Source: an uncultured Verrucomicrobiae bacterium (lineage in GTDB: Bacteria > Verrucomicrobiota > Verrucomicrobiia > Chthoniobacterales > UBA10450). Taken from it: a stretch of DNA of 64,000 nt. Shown piece by piece: positions 49,543-58,617 of this stretch (the first letter of the stretch is position 1; every line of letters starts with the position of its first letter). A program made the translations under genes and the position numbers. The stretch covers positions 896,001 to 960,000 of the forward strand of contig CAWIBO010000002.1 in assembly GCA_963834385.1 (NCBI GenBank), in the 5' to 3' direction. The notes under the pieces were generated by a model that was given only the letters and a program-made list of their open reading frames with translations, did not search any database and was not told the origin of the DNA.

Positions 49543-51045
49543 TTAACGCGGCACGGCCGTGGTCGTTTCCAGGGCGGCGGGTTCCATTTCCGCCTTGTCG
49601 GTAATCAGCCGGCGGAGGAACGGGATCAGGACGACCAGCGCCACCCCGACCACGAGGGCGCCAAGGCCAAGCGCGCCGAAGAGCTGCGCGTATTCCGCGT
49701 TGGTCGCGGCCGCGGTGGTCCCCTTCGGCTCCGGAATCATCCCGGAGAAATCACCGGCGAAGAGCGAAGCCAGGCCGGTGACCAGCATCCAGCTTCCCAT
49801 CATGATCCCCTGATACTTCCGCGGGGCCAGCTTGCCGATCATGGCATAGCCGATCGGGGAGATCAGCAGCTCGCCCACGCTTTGCAGGACGTAGCTGGTG
49901 AAGAGCCAGCCAAACGCGCTTCGGCCGTCTCCCCCGGCCAGCTTGATCCCGAGTGGAAGAATAAGAAACCCGAGGGCCATGAGGAGCAGCGAGGTGGCGA
50001 ACTGCTGCGGGATATCGATGCGCCAGCCGCGGGCCCGCAGCCGGGCGAACCACGCCGCGAGGAGTGGTCCGCCGATTACGATGCAAACCGTGTTGATGTT
50101 CTGGATCCATTGCGGCTGGATCTCGATCCGGCCGATGAAAAGATCGACGTTGTGGACCGCGAAGAGCATCAGGCCGCTCGGCGCCATCTGGTAGAGCGAC
50201 CAGAACCCAAGCGAACCGAGGGTCAGGATCAGGTAAGCTGTCATGTTTCGCCGTTCCCGCCGGTCGGGATGCCGCAGGGTGAGATAGATCAGCAGGAGCG
50301 CCATCGCGGCCGAAATCCCCTTGAAAAGCGTCTCAGTTCCTTCCGGGCGCTGAAGCATGAACCAGACAAGCGGAACCAGACCGACCAGGATGGCGAGGCC
50401 GGCCACGAGACGAAGCTGGAACTGCCGGGGATTTCTCTCGAGCAACGGCGTGTCCCGGTCGGCCAGGGTGCCCCAGGAGACAAGGGCGAGGATGATCGCG
50501 ACGAGATTCCCGAGGGTGGCAAAGATGAAGAGGCTCGTGTAGTTCTCGGTGCCCTGGAAATAGCCGGCGACGGCGAACCCAACAAAGAAGCCGACGTTCA
50601 TGCCGGCGTAGTTCCAGAGGAAGGCCGCTTCCCGGCGCGAATCCTCCGGGGTAAACCGCTGGGTCAGCATCATGTTGATGCAGGTGACGTTGAGTCCGCT
50701 GCCGGTGAGGAAGAAGGCGAGGCCGACGTAGAACATGGCGAGCGAGCCGAAAGCGATGCAGGCGCATCCGGCGGCCTGGGCGGCCATGCCGCCGACGAAA
50801 AGGTTCCGGTTGGAAAGGAACCGCCCACCGAGGTAACCCCCAAAGAGATGCAGCCCGTAGTTGAAGGCTCCGAAAACCCCCATGAGTGTCGTCGCCATCC
50901 TGACCGGGAGCTGCAGATGCTTGGTCGCGTAGAGAACGAGGGTCGAATAGAGAACCGCGAACCCAAGGGTGGCAAAGATTTGGATAAAGAAGAGGACCGC
51001 CGTTCCTTCCGGAGCCCTGGCCACAAGCCGTTTCAACGATGTCAT
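49543..51045 (-). CDS. POT/PTR-family peptide:H+ symporter (MFS)
   Basis: GGYLGGR, FLWNYAGMNVG, GELLISPIG, MMGSW. Confidence 0.9.
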   Translation of the reverse strand: MTSLKRLVARAPEGTAVLFFIQIFATLGFAVLYSTLVLYATKHLQLPVRMATTLMGVFGAFNYGLHLFGGYLGGRFLSNRNLFVGGMAAQAAGCACIAFGSLAMFYVGLAFFLTGSGLNVTCINMMLTQRFTPEDSRREAAFLWNYAGMNVGFFVGFAVAGYFQGTENYTSLFIFATLGNLVAIILALVSWGTLADRDTPLLERNPRQFQLRLVAGLAILVGLVPLVWFMLQRPEGTETLFKGISAAMALLLIYLTLRHPDRRERRNMTAYLILTLGSLGFWSLYQMAPSGLMLFAVHNVDLFIGRIEIQPQWIQNINTVCIVIGGPLLAAWFARLRARGWRIDIPQQFATSLLLMALGFLILPLGIKLAGGDGRSAFGWLFTSYVLQSVGELLISPIGYAMIGKLAPRKYQGIMMGSWMLVTGLASLFAGDFSGMIPEPKGTTAAATNAEYAQLFGALGLGALVVGVALVVLIPFLRRLITDKAEMEPAALETTTAVPR

Positions 51046-51150
51046 CGGGCGCTCATTTCGCGTTGGACACCTGTCAAAGTCAAGGCCCGCCCGAGAGGAC
51101 CAGATCGGTCCCTGCCAGCCAAACGCCGAAGTTTACATCAGGCGCATGCT

Positions 51151-51178
51151 CCCAGGCTCGACGGAGTCTCGCCCTACC
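51151..51178 (-). repeat. REP-like element copy 1
   Basis: Reverse complement GGTAGGGCGAGACTCCGTCGAGCCTGGG. Confidence 0.8.
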
Positions 51179-51239
51179 AGAGAAGTGGTTCCCCGGGCTT
51201 GCCTCGCCCAGCCCGGCTTGTCCATCATGAGCGCCGCTT

Positions 51240-51515
51240 ATGAAGACTCTTTTGCTTACCTCTCTCCTCGGCGTGGTCGCGGGCGCTTCTTCGCTGACGT
51301 ATCAGGTCGTGCAGATGCTGGGCGGACATAACGGACGCTACGAGATGACAGTGCTCGCGAACGGAGAAGGGGTGGTCACTCTCGACCGCGAGACCGGCAC
51401 GGTTCGCTACGTCTACGGGCGCGATGTCATCCCTCCGGTGCAATGGGCGGTCGAGTTCAAGCCGGGATCCTCGATCGGCCAGGTCATGCCGCACGACTGG
51501 CGACCGCACGAGTAG
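51240..51515 (+). CDS. Small secreted hypothetical protein
   Basis: Hydrophobic N-terminus; GRYEM...LDRETGTV. Confidence 0.65.
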   Translation: MKTLLLTSLLGVVAGASSLTYQVVQMLGGHNGRYEMTVLANGEGVVTLDRETGTVRYVYGRDVIPPVQWAVEFKPGSSIGQVMPHDWRPHE

Positions 51516-51526
51516 CGCGGCGCCCC

Positions 51527-51554
51527 GGCAGGGCGAGACTCTGTCGAGCCTGGG
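51527..51554 (+). repeat. REP-like element copy 2
   Basis: GGCAGGGCGAGACTCTGTCGAGCCTGGG; 26/28 identical to copy 1, inverted. Confidence 0.8.
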
Positions 51555-51636
51555 AAAAAAAAGAGCCGCGGGCAGTGACGGAAGACTGCGAGGGGCGTGT
51601 GCGCTCCCCGGAGGCGAAGGAACATTTACCCCGCCA

Positions 51637-52554
51637 TCAGACGTAATCGGTCTGCTGAACTTCGAAAGTGTCGTAGCATCGTTCGGCCGCGGGGCTTCGA
51701 CCGAAGGCGTATCCGAGCATTTCGCCGGCGGCCTGGCTGGCCAGGCCGCAGGTGAGCACCGGCCATAACGCCGGGCTGAGTTCGTTTTGGCTGATGACCC
51801 GGGCCGCTGCGTCGCGATAACGACGGAGCAGGACCACCGGAATCAAGGGTGCGCCGAGGGCATACGCGATTCTGCGTAGACGCGACCAGTGCTCGCTCCG
51901 GACGGAAGCGATGACGCGTCCGGCAACCAGGCGTTGCCGCAGCCATGGCCCGGTTTGCGCGAAATTGGTGTGCCCGATCCTCGCCGCCGGTTCGAGTCGG
52001 ATTTCGCCGCGCGCGGCTCGAATCCGCGCCATCATCTCTTCGCCCTGCGCTAAAATTGTGCCGAGTTCATGACCCAGTCCCAAAAGAAAGGCGCGATCGT
52101 AAGCCGCGTTGAAGAGAGGGGCGCGCGCGAGCCGGCCGCCAGGTTGACCCGCGAGCCAGAACGCGTAACCATTGATCAAACCGGCCCAACTGACGAGAGC
52201 GGGCGGATTTTCGTTCTCGAAAACAGGTACGGCCATGGTTGCTCCGGCGCGCAAAGCCGCCTCCAGCAGGTCGAACATTTCCGGGCGTGGAAACGAGTGG
52301 GTTTCGCCCATGAAAACGGCCGGGGCCAAGGCGGCGCGAATGCCGGCGGCGCGCGCCTCAGTCAGTGGATAAATGCTTTCCCGCTCGATGATCCTCAGGC
52401 CGTCGGCCGGATCGAAGATCGTGCCGGTGGGAGCAATCACGATAATCTCGAGGCGACATTGCGCTCCCGATTGTCTGATCGATTCGAGGACAGGCGCAAT
52501 CCGGCGAGCCGTATCTGTGACCAGGATGACTGCCAGATCGGGCGTGGTCATCAT
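51637..52554 (-). CDS. GT2-like glycosyltransferase
   Basis: LAVILVT, LEIIVI, ARAAGIRAA, FMGETHSFP, GEMLGY; start codon overlaps the P450 stop (TGATG). Confidence 0.7.
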   Translation of the reverse strand: MMTTPDLAVILVTDTARRIAPVLESIRQSGAQCRLEIIVIAPTGTIFDPADGLRIIERESIYPLTEARAAGIRAALAPAVFMGETHSFPRPEMFDLLEAALRAGATMAVPVFENENPPALVSWAGLINGYAFWLAGQPGGRLARAPLFNAAYDRAFLLGLGHELGTILAQGEEMMARIRAARGEIRLEPAARIGHTNFAQTGPWLRQRLVAGRVIASVRSEHWSRLRRIAYALGAPLIPVVLLRRYRDAAARVISQNELSPALWPVLTCGLASQAAGEMLGYAFGRSPAAERCYDTFEVQQTDYV

Positions 52555-54026
52555 CAGTTCACACGACGGAGGACGATGTTCATCTTCGCATGCGGGCGCC
52601 AGTGAAAGCCGGAGAATTCCCATGGCTCGATCGCTGCCGCCGAAATGTCGAAGGTGCCCGCGAGGGAACCCAGATAATGCCTGCCGATGGCCCGGGTGAG
52701 ATGGTCGCCGGGACACCGGTGCGGTGTGAATCCGAACGGAACGCACGTCGGCCGCGAAGGCGCGGAGAGGAAACGGTCGGGATCGAACTGTTCCGGTCGA
52801 GCGAACGCTTCCGCCAGGCGGTGACTTTCCGCGATACAAAGCCTGACCTGCCAGCCCGCCGGGATGCGGAAGCCATTCCAGTCGATCGCCGTGCTGGTGC
52901 GACGCATCAAGAACTCGCTTTGATGCAACCGAAGCGTCTCGCGCACCATTCGGTCTGCGAGTCCGCCAGGTTGCAAAGCGTCCGGCGTGCCACTCGCCAT
53001 GGCGGCACGCAGATCCTTCATCCAGCGCGGGTTCGTGCCGGCGACCGCGGTGAGCCAGACAAGCAGATCGGTCACGTCGATGCGACTGCTGTGAAGCGCA
53101 TAGGCGAGATTTCCCAAAACACGGTCGAGCGCGATGGCTTCGGGCTGATCGGCCGCGAGACGGGCCAGGAAGGAAACGCGTCCATGGTCCAGCGCCACGC
53201 GCCTCATATTTGCGATGATCTCCGTCACGGCCCGGCGCGCCTGCGCCTTGCCGGCCCGGTGGAGGCGGCGGTAATCCGCGACGTGATACAACTTCAGCAG
53301 GGCGCCTGTTTCCGTGGCGCCCAGTCCCAGAAAAAGGAGCATCATGACGTTGCACACCATGCGGTCGAGCGACTCACGAAGCGGTGCATCCGCTGCGACC
53401 GCCACGAGGGCACTCTCCGCCTCGATCGCCATTTGAGTTGTGTAATGCTCGACCACCTCCGGAGCGAGCGCGGAACGCATGAAACCGGCCATCTCCGTGT
53501 GTGCGGCACCGGCCAGAAACCGGACAAAGCCGCCCGGCACGATGTCGTTGAACGGAGCCGGCGGCACGAAGAGCGCCTCGTTATGGGACCGCAAAAAATC
53601 AGCAATGCGCTCGAGGCCAACGATGCCGACGGCCGGAACTGTAAAGTGTGGAAATTTGAAAACGGGACCGAAGCGGTCCGCCTGTTTCTTATAGAAATCC
53701 GGATCGCTCCACGGTCCCGGCGCGAGAAAGCTGAGCGAGCCGGGGGGAAGACCGCGTTTTCTTCCATAGCCGGGGCGACGGACGATCGCGTTGGCGACGA
53801 AACATCCGCCGGAAAAACCGGCCGCGAGCACGAGCAGGAACGGGCTGAGAAAAACCACTGCGAGAATGACGGCTGCTAGTGCAACGAGCGATCCCGCCAG
53901 CGCCACAGGCAGGAACGGAAAGCCGCGGAACCTTTGCCGAACGCCGGGGACAAGAAGAAGCCGGGCCACCGGCAGGAGCGGAAGCAACGCAACGAACAAA
54001 AGAGCTGCCCTGGCACCAACGCTCAT
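52554..54026 (-). CDS. Membrane-anchored cytochrome P450
   Basis: N-terminal TMs, LPPGS, VRETLR (ExxR), PEQFDPDRF, PFGFTPHRCPG heme loop. Confidence 0.88.
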   Translation of the reverse strand: MSVGARAALLFVALLPLLPVARLLLVPGVRQRFRGFPFLPVALAGSLVALAAVILAVVFLSPFLLVLAAGFSGGCFVANAIVRRPGYGRKRGLPPGSLSFLAPGPWSDPDFYKKQADRFGPVFKFPHFTVPAVGIVGLERIADFLRSHNEALFVPPAPFNDIVPGGFVRFLAGAAHTEMAGFMRSALAPEVVEHYTTQMAIEAESALVAVAADAPLRESLDRMVCNVMMLLFLGLGATETGALLKLYHVADYRRLHRAGKAQARRAVTEIIANMRRVALDHGRVSFLARLAADQPEAIALDRVLGNLAYALHSSRIDVTDLLVWLTAVAGTNPRWMKDLRAAMASGTPDALQPGGLADRMVRETLRLHQSEFLMRRTSTAIDWNGFRIPAGWQVRLCIAESHRLAEAFARPEQFDPDRFLSAPSRPTCVPFGFTPHRCPGDHLTRAIGRHYLGSLAGTFDISAAAIEPWEFSGFHWRPHAKMNIVLRRVN

Positions 54027-54116
54027 CGCGCAGGGCATCCGGTGTCACGGCGTCGAAGTCAAGCGATCAAAGCCCGCCTGGCCTACGCTTCGCAGGACTA
54101 GCTGCGCCTTCTCCAG

Positions 54117-54140
54117 GGCCCGACAGAGTCTGGCCCTGCC
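54117..54140 (-). repeat. REP-like element copy 3
   Basis: Reverse complement GGCAGGGCCAGACTCTGTCGGGCC; 22/24 identical to copy 2. Confidence 0.75.
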
Positions 54141-54153
54141 GGCGGGCGCAATG

Positions 54154-54816
54154 TCAGCTTTCACGAAGATCGCGGACGCCACCGGGAATTTCAGCGAGGG
54201 CGCTGAGCAGATGGTCGGCCCGCCCCTGATAATCACGCAGGTCGACGAAGCGGGTATCGGGGATTCCCACCACGCGCATACCGGCTGCTTTGCCGGCCGT
54301 AATGCCGGAGAGCGAGTCCTCGATGACAAGGCATTTCGCGGCGGGAAGATCGAGCGCGCCGGCGGCGCGCAGATAAATATCGGGATGCGGCTTGCCTCGC
54401 TCGACTTCGTCACCGGTCACAATCACCTCGAAGAATCGGGTCAGACCGTGACGAGCGAGGAACGGCCGGGCGGAGGAACCCACCGAGCTGGTCGCAACGG
54501 CCAGGCGCAGACCCATGGCCTGCAATTCGCCGAGAACATCCGACACCCCGGGAAAGAGACCGATGCGGTCGGCGAAAAATCCGGCCGCGATCTCGCCGCG
54601 CCGTTGCATCATCGCTTCCGTCGAGGCGGAGATGGCAAAAGTCTTCCGGTAAAACTCGATGGCCTGCCGGTAGTTCACGCCCAGCACGTCGCGATGATGT
54701 TCGCCGCGATAGGTGACGCCATGCTCAGCCAAAAGGGAGGCATCAATCTTCGTCCACCACGGCTCGGAATCGGCCAGAATCCCGTCCAGATCGAAAATGA
54801 CCGCGCGCAAAGTCAT
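54154..54816 (-). CDS. HAD-family phosphatase (beta-PGM/CbbY-like)
   Basis: IFDLDGILADSE, ATSS, GKPHPDIY, IEDSLSG. Confidence 0.92.
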   Translation of the reverse strand: MTLRAVIFDLDGILADSEPWWTKIDASLLAEHGVTYRGEHHRDVLGVNYRQAIEFYRKTFAISASTEAMMQRRGEIAAGFFADRIGLFPGVSDVLGELQAMGLRLAVATSSVGSSARPFLARHGLTRFFEVIVTGDEVERGKPHPDIYLRAAGALDLPAAKCLVIEDSLSGITAGKAAGMRVVGIPDTRFVDLRDYQGRADHLLSALAEIPGGVRDLRES

Positions 54817-54915
54817 GGCCATACCGAAGGAGTAGCCCGGCTCCCGCCCTCGTCTAACAGCTTTTCTCCAGCGTCCCGCCCGGACGACCGGGCGGGACAC
54901 GGAAAAGCGGCGGGA

Positions 54916-55290
54916 TCAGTCCTGGTCGGGGACGGTTTTGCGCGACTGTCGCCGCGTGGCGCTGGGCGAAGCGGCCGGGGAGGCGGTGGCGGCCGGAGAA
55001 GCGGAGGCCGCCGGTTTGGCCGGGATCACGGTGAAGGTCGTCACGGGGACGGGGGTCACGGGCGGCTTCGCCGGCTGGGCGAGCGATTTGCTGACCGCGG
55101 GGATGCTCTGGGTCGTGGCATCGTGGAAGGCTTTGGCCGGATCGGTATAGGGCGTTGCGCTGGGAACGGGCGTGGCCTTCGTCGAGGTGGGCGTCGTCCG
55201 GGTGACGGGCGTGGCCGAGGGAGTGGGTGTTTGCGCGAGCGCCAGGGTCGCACCGGCCAGGATGAGGGTAACTGTCAGTTGTGTCTTCAT
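54916..55290 (-). CDS. Secreted Pro/Thr/Ala-rich hypothetical protein
   Basis: Signal peptide followed by QTPTPS. Confidence 0.65.
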   Translation of the reverse strand: MKTQLTVTLILAGATLALAQTPTPSATPVTRTTPTSTKATPVPSATPYTDPAKAFHDATTQSIPAVSKSLAQPAKPPVTPVPVTTFTVIPAKPAASASPAATASPAASPSATRRQSRKTVPDQD

Positions 55291-55406
55291 TAGTAGTGGG
55301 GGGTTTAGGCTTCCTCCGCCCCGACGAACAGCTAATTCGCTCTCTTACAGGGCATCATTAACGCCCGGGAGATCAATCTGCCCAGCGATCGGCATCGAGC
55401 GATGCT

Positions 55407-55838
55407 CTACCGCTCCTTTGAACGTCGTCTTTCCCGTTTTGAAGACGATTTCGCGGCGGCATTGCCGGGCGCAACGTCCTCTGGAGCCAGGTTGTTCTGG
55501 CCCACGGCGCCGGAATCAACTGGCTTGCGCGGCACTTTTGGGGTCGCCGGTTTGATTCCGGGACGATCATTCGCCCCAGAGCCCACTTCCGAACGACTGG
55601 GCGTTTTCTTTTTGCTCTCCTGGTCGCGCATGCAGTCCTTGTATTTCTGCCGCGAATACTGCCAGCAATGCGATTCGGAGCCGCCGGCTTTGCGGCAACC
55701 ATCATAAACTTCAACCTGCCGGCTGCTGCAGATGTCCTCGGCGGTGCGCTCTTTCTTTTCCGCCTGCAATCCTGGCGGGATGGCCAGGAGCAGGATGAAC
55801 GAGAGCCAGGCAAACCGGGAAAACAATGAAGCGATCAT
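55407..55838 (-). CDS. Secreted hypothetical protein with four cysteines
   Basis: Signal peptide; C-x10-C-x9-C-x10-C; basic low-complexity tail. Confidence 0.6.
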   Translation of the reverse strand: MIASLFSRFAWLSFILLLAIPPGLQAEKKERTAEDICSSRQVEVYDGCRKAGGSESHCWQYSRQKYKDCMRDQESKKKTPSRSEVGSGANDRPGIKPATPKVPRKPVDSGAVGQNNLAPEDVAPGNAAAKSSSKRERRRSKER

Positions 55839-55891
55839 GCGAATCCTCCTGAAAATAAAGGCGGGATGTTAGATTGCGCCCGAGGCGGAGT

Positions 55892-57778
55892 TCAAGCCTG
55901 AATCCTTTCGAGTTCGTGCCAGCGCGCGTAAAGCTTTGCGACCGTCTCCCGCGCGCTTTTCAGCCGGGTTTCGAACTCCTTCATCTCCGCCGCCGGCCGG
56001 GTGTAAAAATCGGGCGCGGCAAGGATCGATTCCAGATCCGTCACAGCCCCCTCGGCTTCGAGAATCCGCGCCTCCATCGTTTCCCATTCGCGCTTTTCCT
56101 TGTAAGTGAACTTGCGCGCCCGTCCCGGACCAGGGATGGCGCCCGTTTTGTCGGCCGAGACCGGGGAAGCAGACGGCGCCGACTGGGCGCGTTCCAGGCG
56201 CTTCTCCAGGTAGTAATCGTAGTTGCCGACGTGGTAGCCGACCCTGCCATCCTCCTCGAAAGCGAGGATGGAGGTGCAAACGCGGTTCAGAAAATAGCGG
56301 TCGTGACTGACGACGATGACGCAGCCGCCAAAGGCGACCAGCGCTTCCTCGAGCAAACGCAGCGTGGCCAGGTCAAGGTCGTTGGTCGGTTCATCGAGAA
56401 TAAGGACGTTCCCGCCGCGCTTCAGGATTTTGGCGAGGAGAACCCGGCTCCGTTCACCGCCGCTCAGGTGTGAGATCTTGGTGTTGATCCGATCCTCGCT
56501 GAAGAGGAACCGCCGCAGGTAGGCGCGCAGACTGATCCGTTCGTTCCCCAGGGTGACGCTCTCGGTGCCCGTGCCGACTTCCTCCCAGACGGTTTTGTTC
56601 TCATCAAGCAGAAGCCGGTTTTGATCGACGTAATTGATCTCGGTGCGCGCGCCCCGCTCGACCGTGCCGGTGGCGGGAGGCAGCTCACCGAGGATCACCT
56701 GGAGGAGGGAAGACTTGCCGACGCCGTTGCGGCCAACGATCCCAAGTCGCTCGCCTGCAGCCAGGCTGAGATCAAGGTCGCGGAAGAGGGTGCGGCCGCC
56801 CTGGGCCACGCTCAGGCCACGCAGGTCCAGAATGCGGTTGGCCAGCTTCGGCGGCGTGGGAATGACCAGCTCCACGTCGAGCTCGGCTTCCGGGCCCTCC
56901 TGCGCGGCCATCTCAAAATAGCGTTCGACGCGATCGACCGACTTGGTCCGGCGCGCCCGGGGCGCCCGGCGGACCCATTGCAATTCGCGCTTGAGGAACT
57001 TCTGCCGTTTTTGCTCCTGCATCTCCTCGACCGCCTGCCGTTCGACCCGGGCCAGCAGGTAATCGGTGTAATTGCCCTCGTAGGAATTAAAGCGTCCGCG
57101 AGAGAGCTCAACGATCCGTGTGGCGACCCGGTCGAGAAAGTAACGGTCGTGCGTCACGAAAAGACAGGTGCCGGCATAACGCGCGAGAAATTCCTCCAGC
57201 CATTCGATCGAGCCGGTATCGAGGTGATTGGTCGGCTCGTCCAGGATAAGGAAATCCGGCCGGGCCAGGAGCGCGCGACACAGGGCGACCCGGCGTTTTT
57301 CCCCGCCGGATAGCGTGCCCACGACGCGTTCCGGTTCCGGCGCATGCAGGTTCGTAATGAGCGACCTGGTCCGGTGCTCGAGGTTCCAGCCGTCGACCCG
57401 GGTGATCTCCTCGAGGAGAAGCGCGCTGCGCGGGCTGTCTCCCGGAAGGCGCTCGTATTCCGCGATCAGATCGAGAATCCGCTGCGCCCCGCCGAGGACG
57501 CTGTCGTGCACCGTGGCGGCGTCATCCAGCCCTGATTGCTGCGGCATGTAGCCGGTAACCAGATCGCGCTGGCGGGTGAACTCCCCGGCATCAGCGCGGG
57601 CCACGCCGGCAGCGATCCCGAGAAAAGTCGATTTGCCCGAACCGTTGCGACCAACCAGACCGACATGCTCGCCCGCGTGAAAAGCGATGGTTGCGCCATC
57701 GAGCACCAGCGTCGTGCCGTAACGGACGACGAGGTTGCTGGCGCTGGCCACGACAGAGGCGGCGGCTGATTCAGGCAT
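55892..57778 (-). CDS. ABC-F family ATPase (Uup-like)
   Basis: Two GRNG.GKS / LSGGE / LDEPTN cassettes, no TMs, C-terminal coiled coil. Confidence 0.93.
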   Translation of the reverse strand: MPESAAASVVASASNLVVRYGTTLVLDGATIAFHAGEHVGLVGRNGSGKSTFLGIAAGVARADAGEFTRQRDLVTGYMPQQSGLDDAATVHDSVLGGAQRILDLIAEYERLPGDSPRSALLLEEITRVDGWNLEHRTRSLITNLHAPEPERVVGTLSGGEKRRVALCRALLARPDFLILDEPTNHLDTGSIEWLEEFLARYAGTCLFVTHDRYFLDRVATRIVELSRGRFNSYEGNYTDYLLARVERQAVEEMQEQKRQKFLKRELQWVRRAPRARRTKSVDRVERYFEMAAQEGPEAELDVELVIPTPPKLANRILDLRGLSVAQGGRTLFRDLDLSLAAGERLGIVGRNGVGKSSLLQVILGELPPATGTVERGARTEINYVDQNRLLLDENKTVWEEVGTGTESVTLGNERISLRAYLRRFLFSEDRINTKISHLSGGERSRVLLAKILKRGGNVLILDEPTNDLDLATLRLLEEALVAFGGCVIVVSHDRYFLNRVCTSILAFEEDGRVGYHVGNYDYYLEKRLERAQSAPSASPVSADKTGAIPGPGRARKFTYKEKREWETMEARILEAEGAVTDLESILAAPDFYTRPAAEMKEFETRLKSARETVAKLYARWHELERIQA

Positions 57779-57857
57779 GGGCCGGAAAGGTCGAACGCCC
57801 TGCCCCGCCCGTCCAATGCGGAAGGAACCGGACTTGGAGGGAGAGGCTTGATGGCGC

Positions 57858-58613
57858 ATGATCCCGGCCATGGTTTCCGACCCGGCTGATCCCGTTCGCC
57901 TCGCGATGTGGTCCGGGCCGCGCAACATTTCCACCGCCATGATGCGCGCATGGGGCAACCGGCCCGATACCGTGGTGGTGGACGAGCCGTTCTACGCCTT
58001 TTATTTGCACCGGACCGGCGCCGGGCACCCCCGGGCGGGGGAGGTCATGGCGCAGGGCGAAACGGACTGGCAGGCGGTAGTGGCCAGGCTCACCGGCGGG
58101 CTCCCGGAAAATTGCCGAATCTTCTACCAGAAACAGATGACTCATCATTTCCTTCCCGGAATCGATCGGGCCTGGCTCGCGACCGTTTCCAACTGCTTCC
58201 TGATCCGGGACCCGGCCGAAGTGATCGCCTCCTACCTGCGAAAACGCGAAGAACCGACCCTGGACGACCTCGGCTTCGTCCAACAGGAGGAGATCTTTGA
58301 GTTTGTCCGGGACGCCACCGGGAGAACACCGCCGGTGGTGGATGCGCGTGACGTGCAGGAGGAACCCCGGCGGACCCTGCAACTCCTGTGCACGGCGGTC
58401 GGGGTCGAGTTCAGCGAAGCGATGCTTTCCTGGCCGCCCGGTTTGCGCGCCACTGACGGAATCTGGGCGAAGCATTGGTATGGCGAGGTTGAACAATCAA
58501 CCGGGTTCCGCAAACCGCGGGCGGAAGCGCCGGTCATCCCTGCGCATCTCGATGGCGTGCTGCAAGCGGGCCGGACCATCTACCACCGGCTGCGCCAATT
58601 TCGGCTCCATTAA
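57858..58613 (+). CDS. Sulfotransferase-like P-loop protein
   Basis: MWSGPRNISTAMMR, DEPFY, KQMTHH, FLIRDP, WAKHWY. Confidence 0.85.
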   Translation: MIPAMVSDPADPVRLAMWSGPRNISTAMMRAWGNRPDTVVVDEPFYAFYLHRTGAGHPRAGEVMAQGETDWQAVVARLTGGLPENCRIFYQKQMTHHFLPGIDRAWLATVSNCFLIRDPAEVIASYLRKREEPTLDDLGFVQQEEIFEFVRDATGRTPPVVDARDVQEEPRRTLQLLCTAVGVEFSEAMLSWPPGLRATDGIWAKHWYGEVEQSTGFRKPRAEAPVIPAHLDGVLQAGRTIYHRLRQFRLH

Positions 58614-58617
58614 AATC

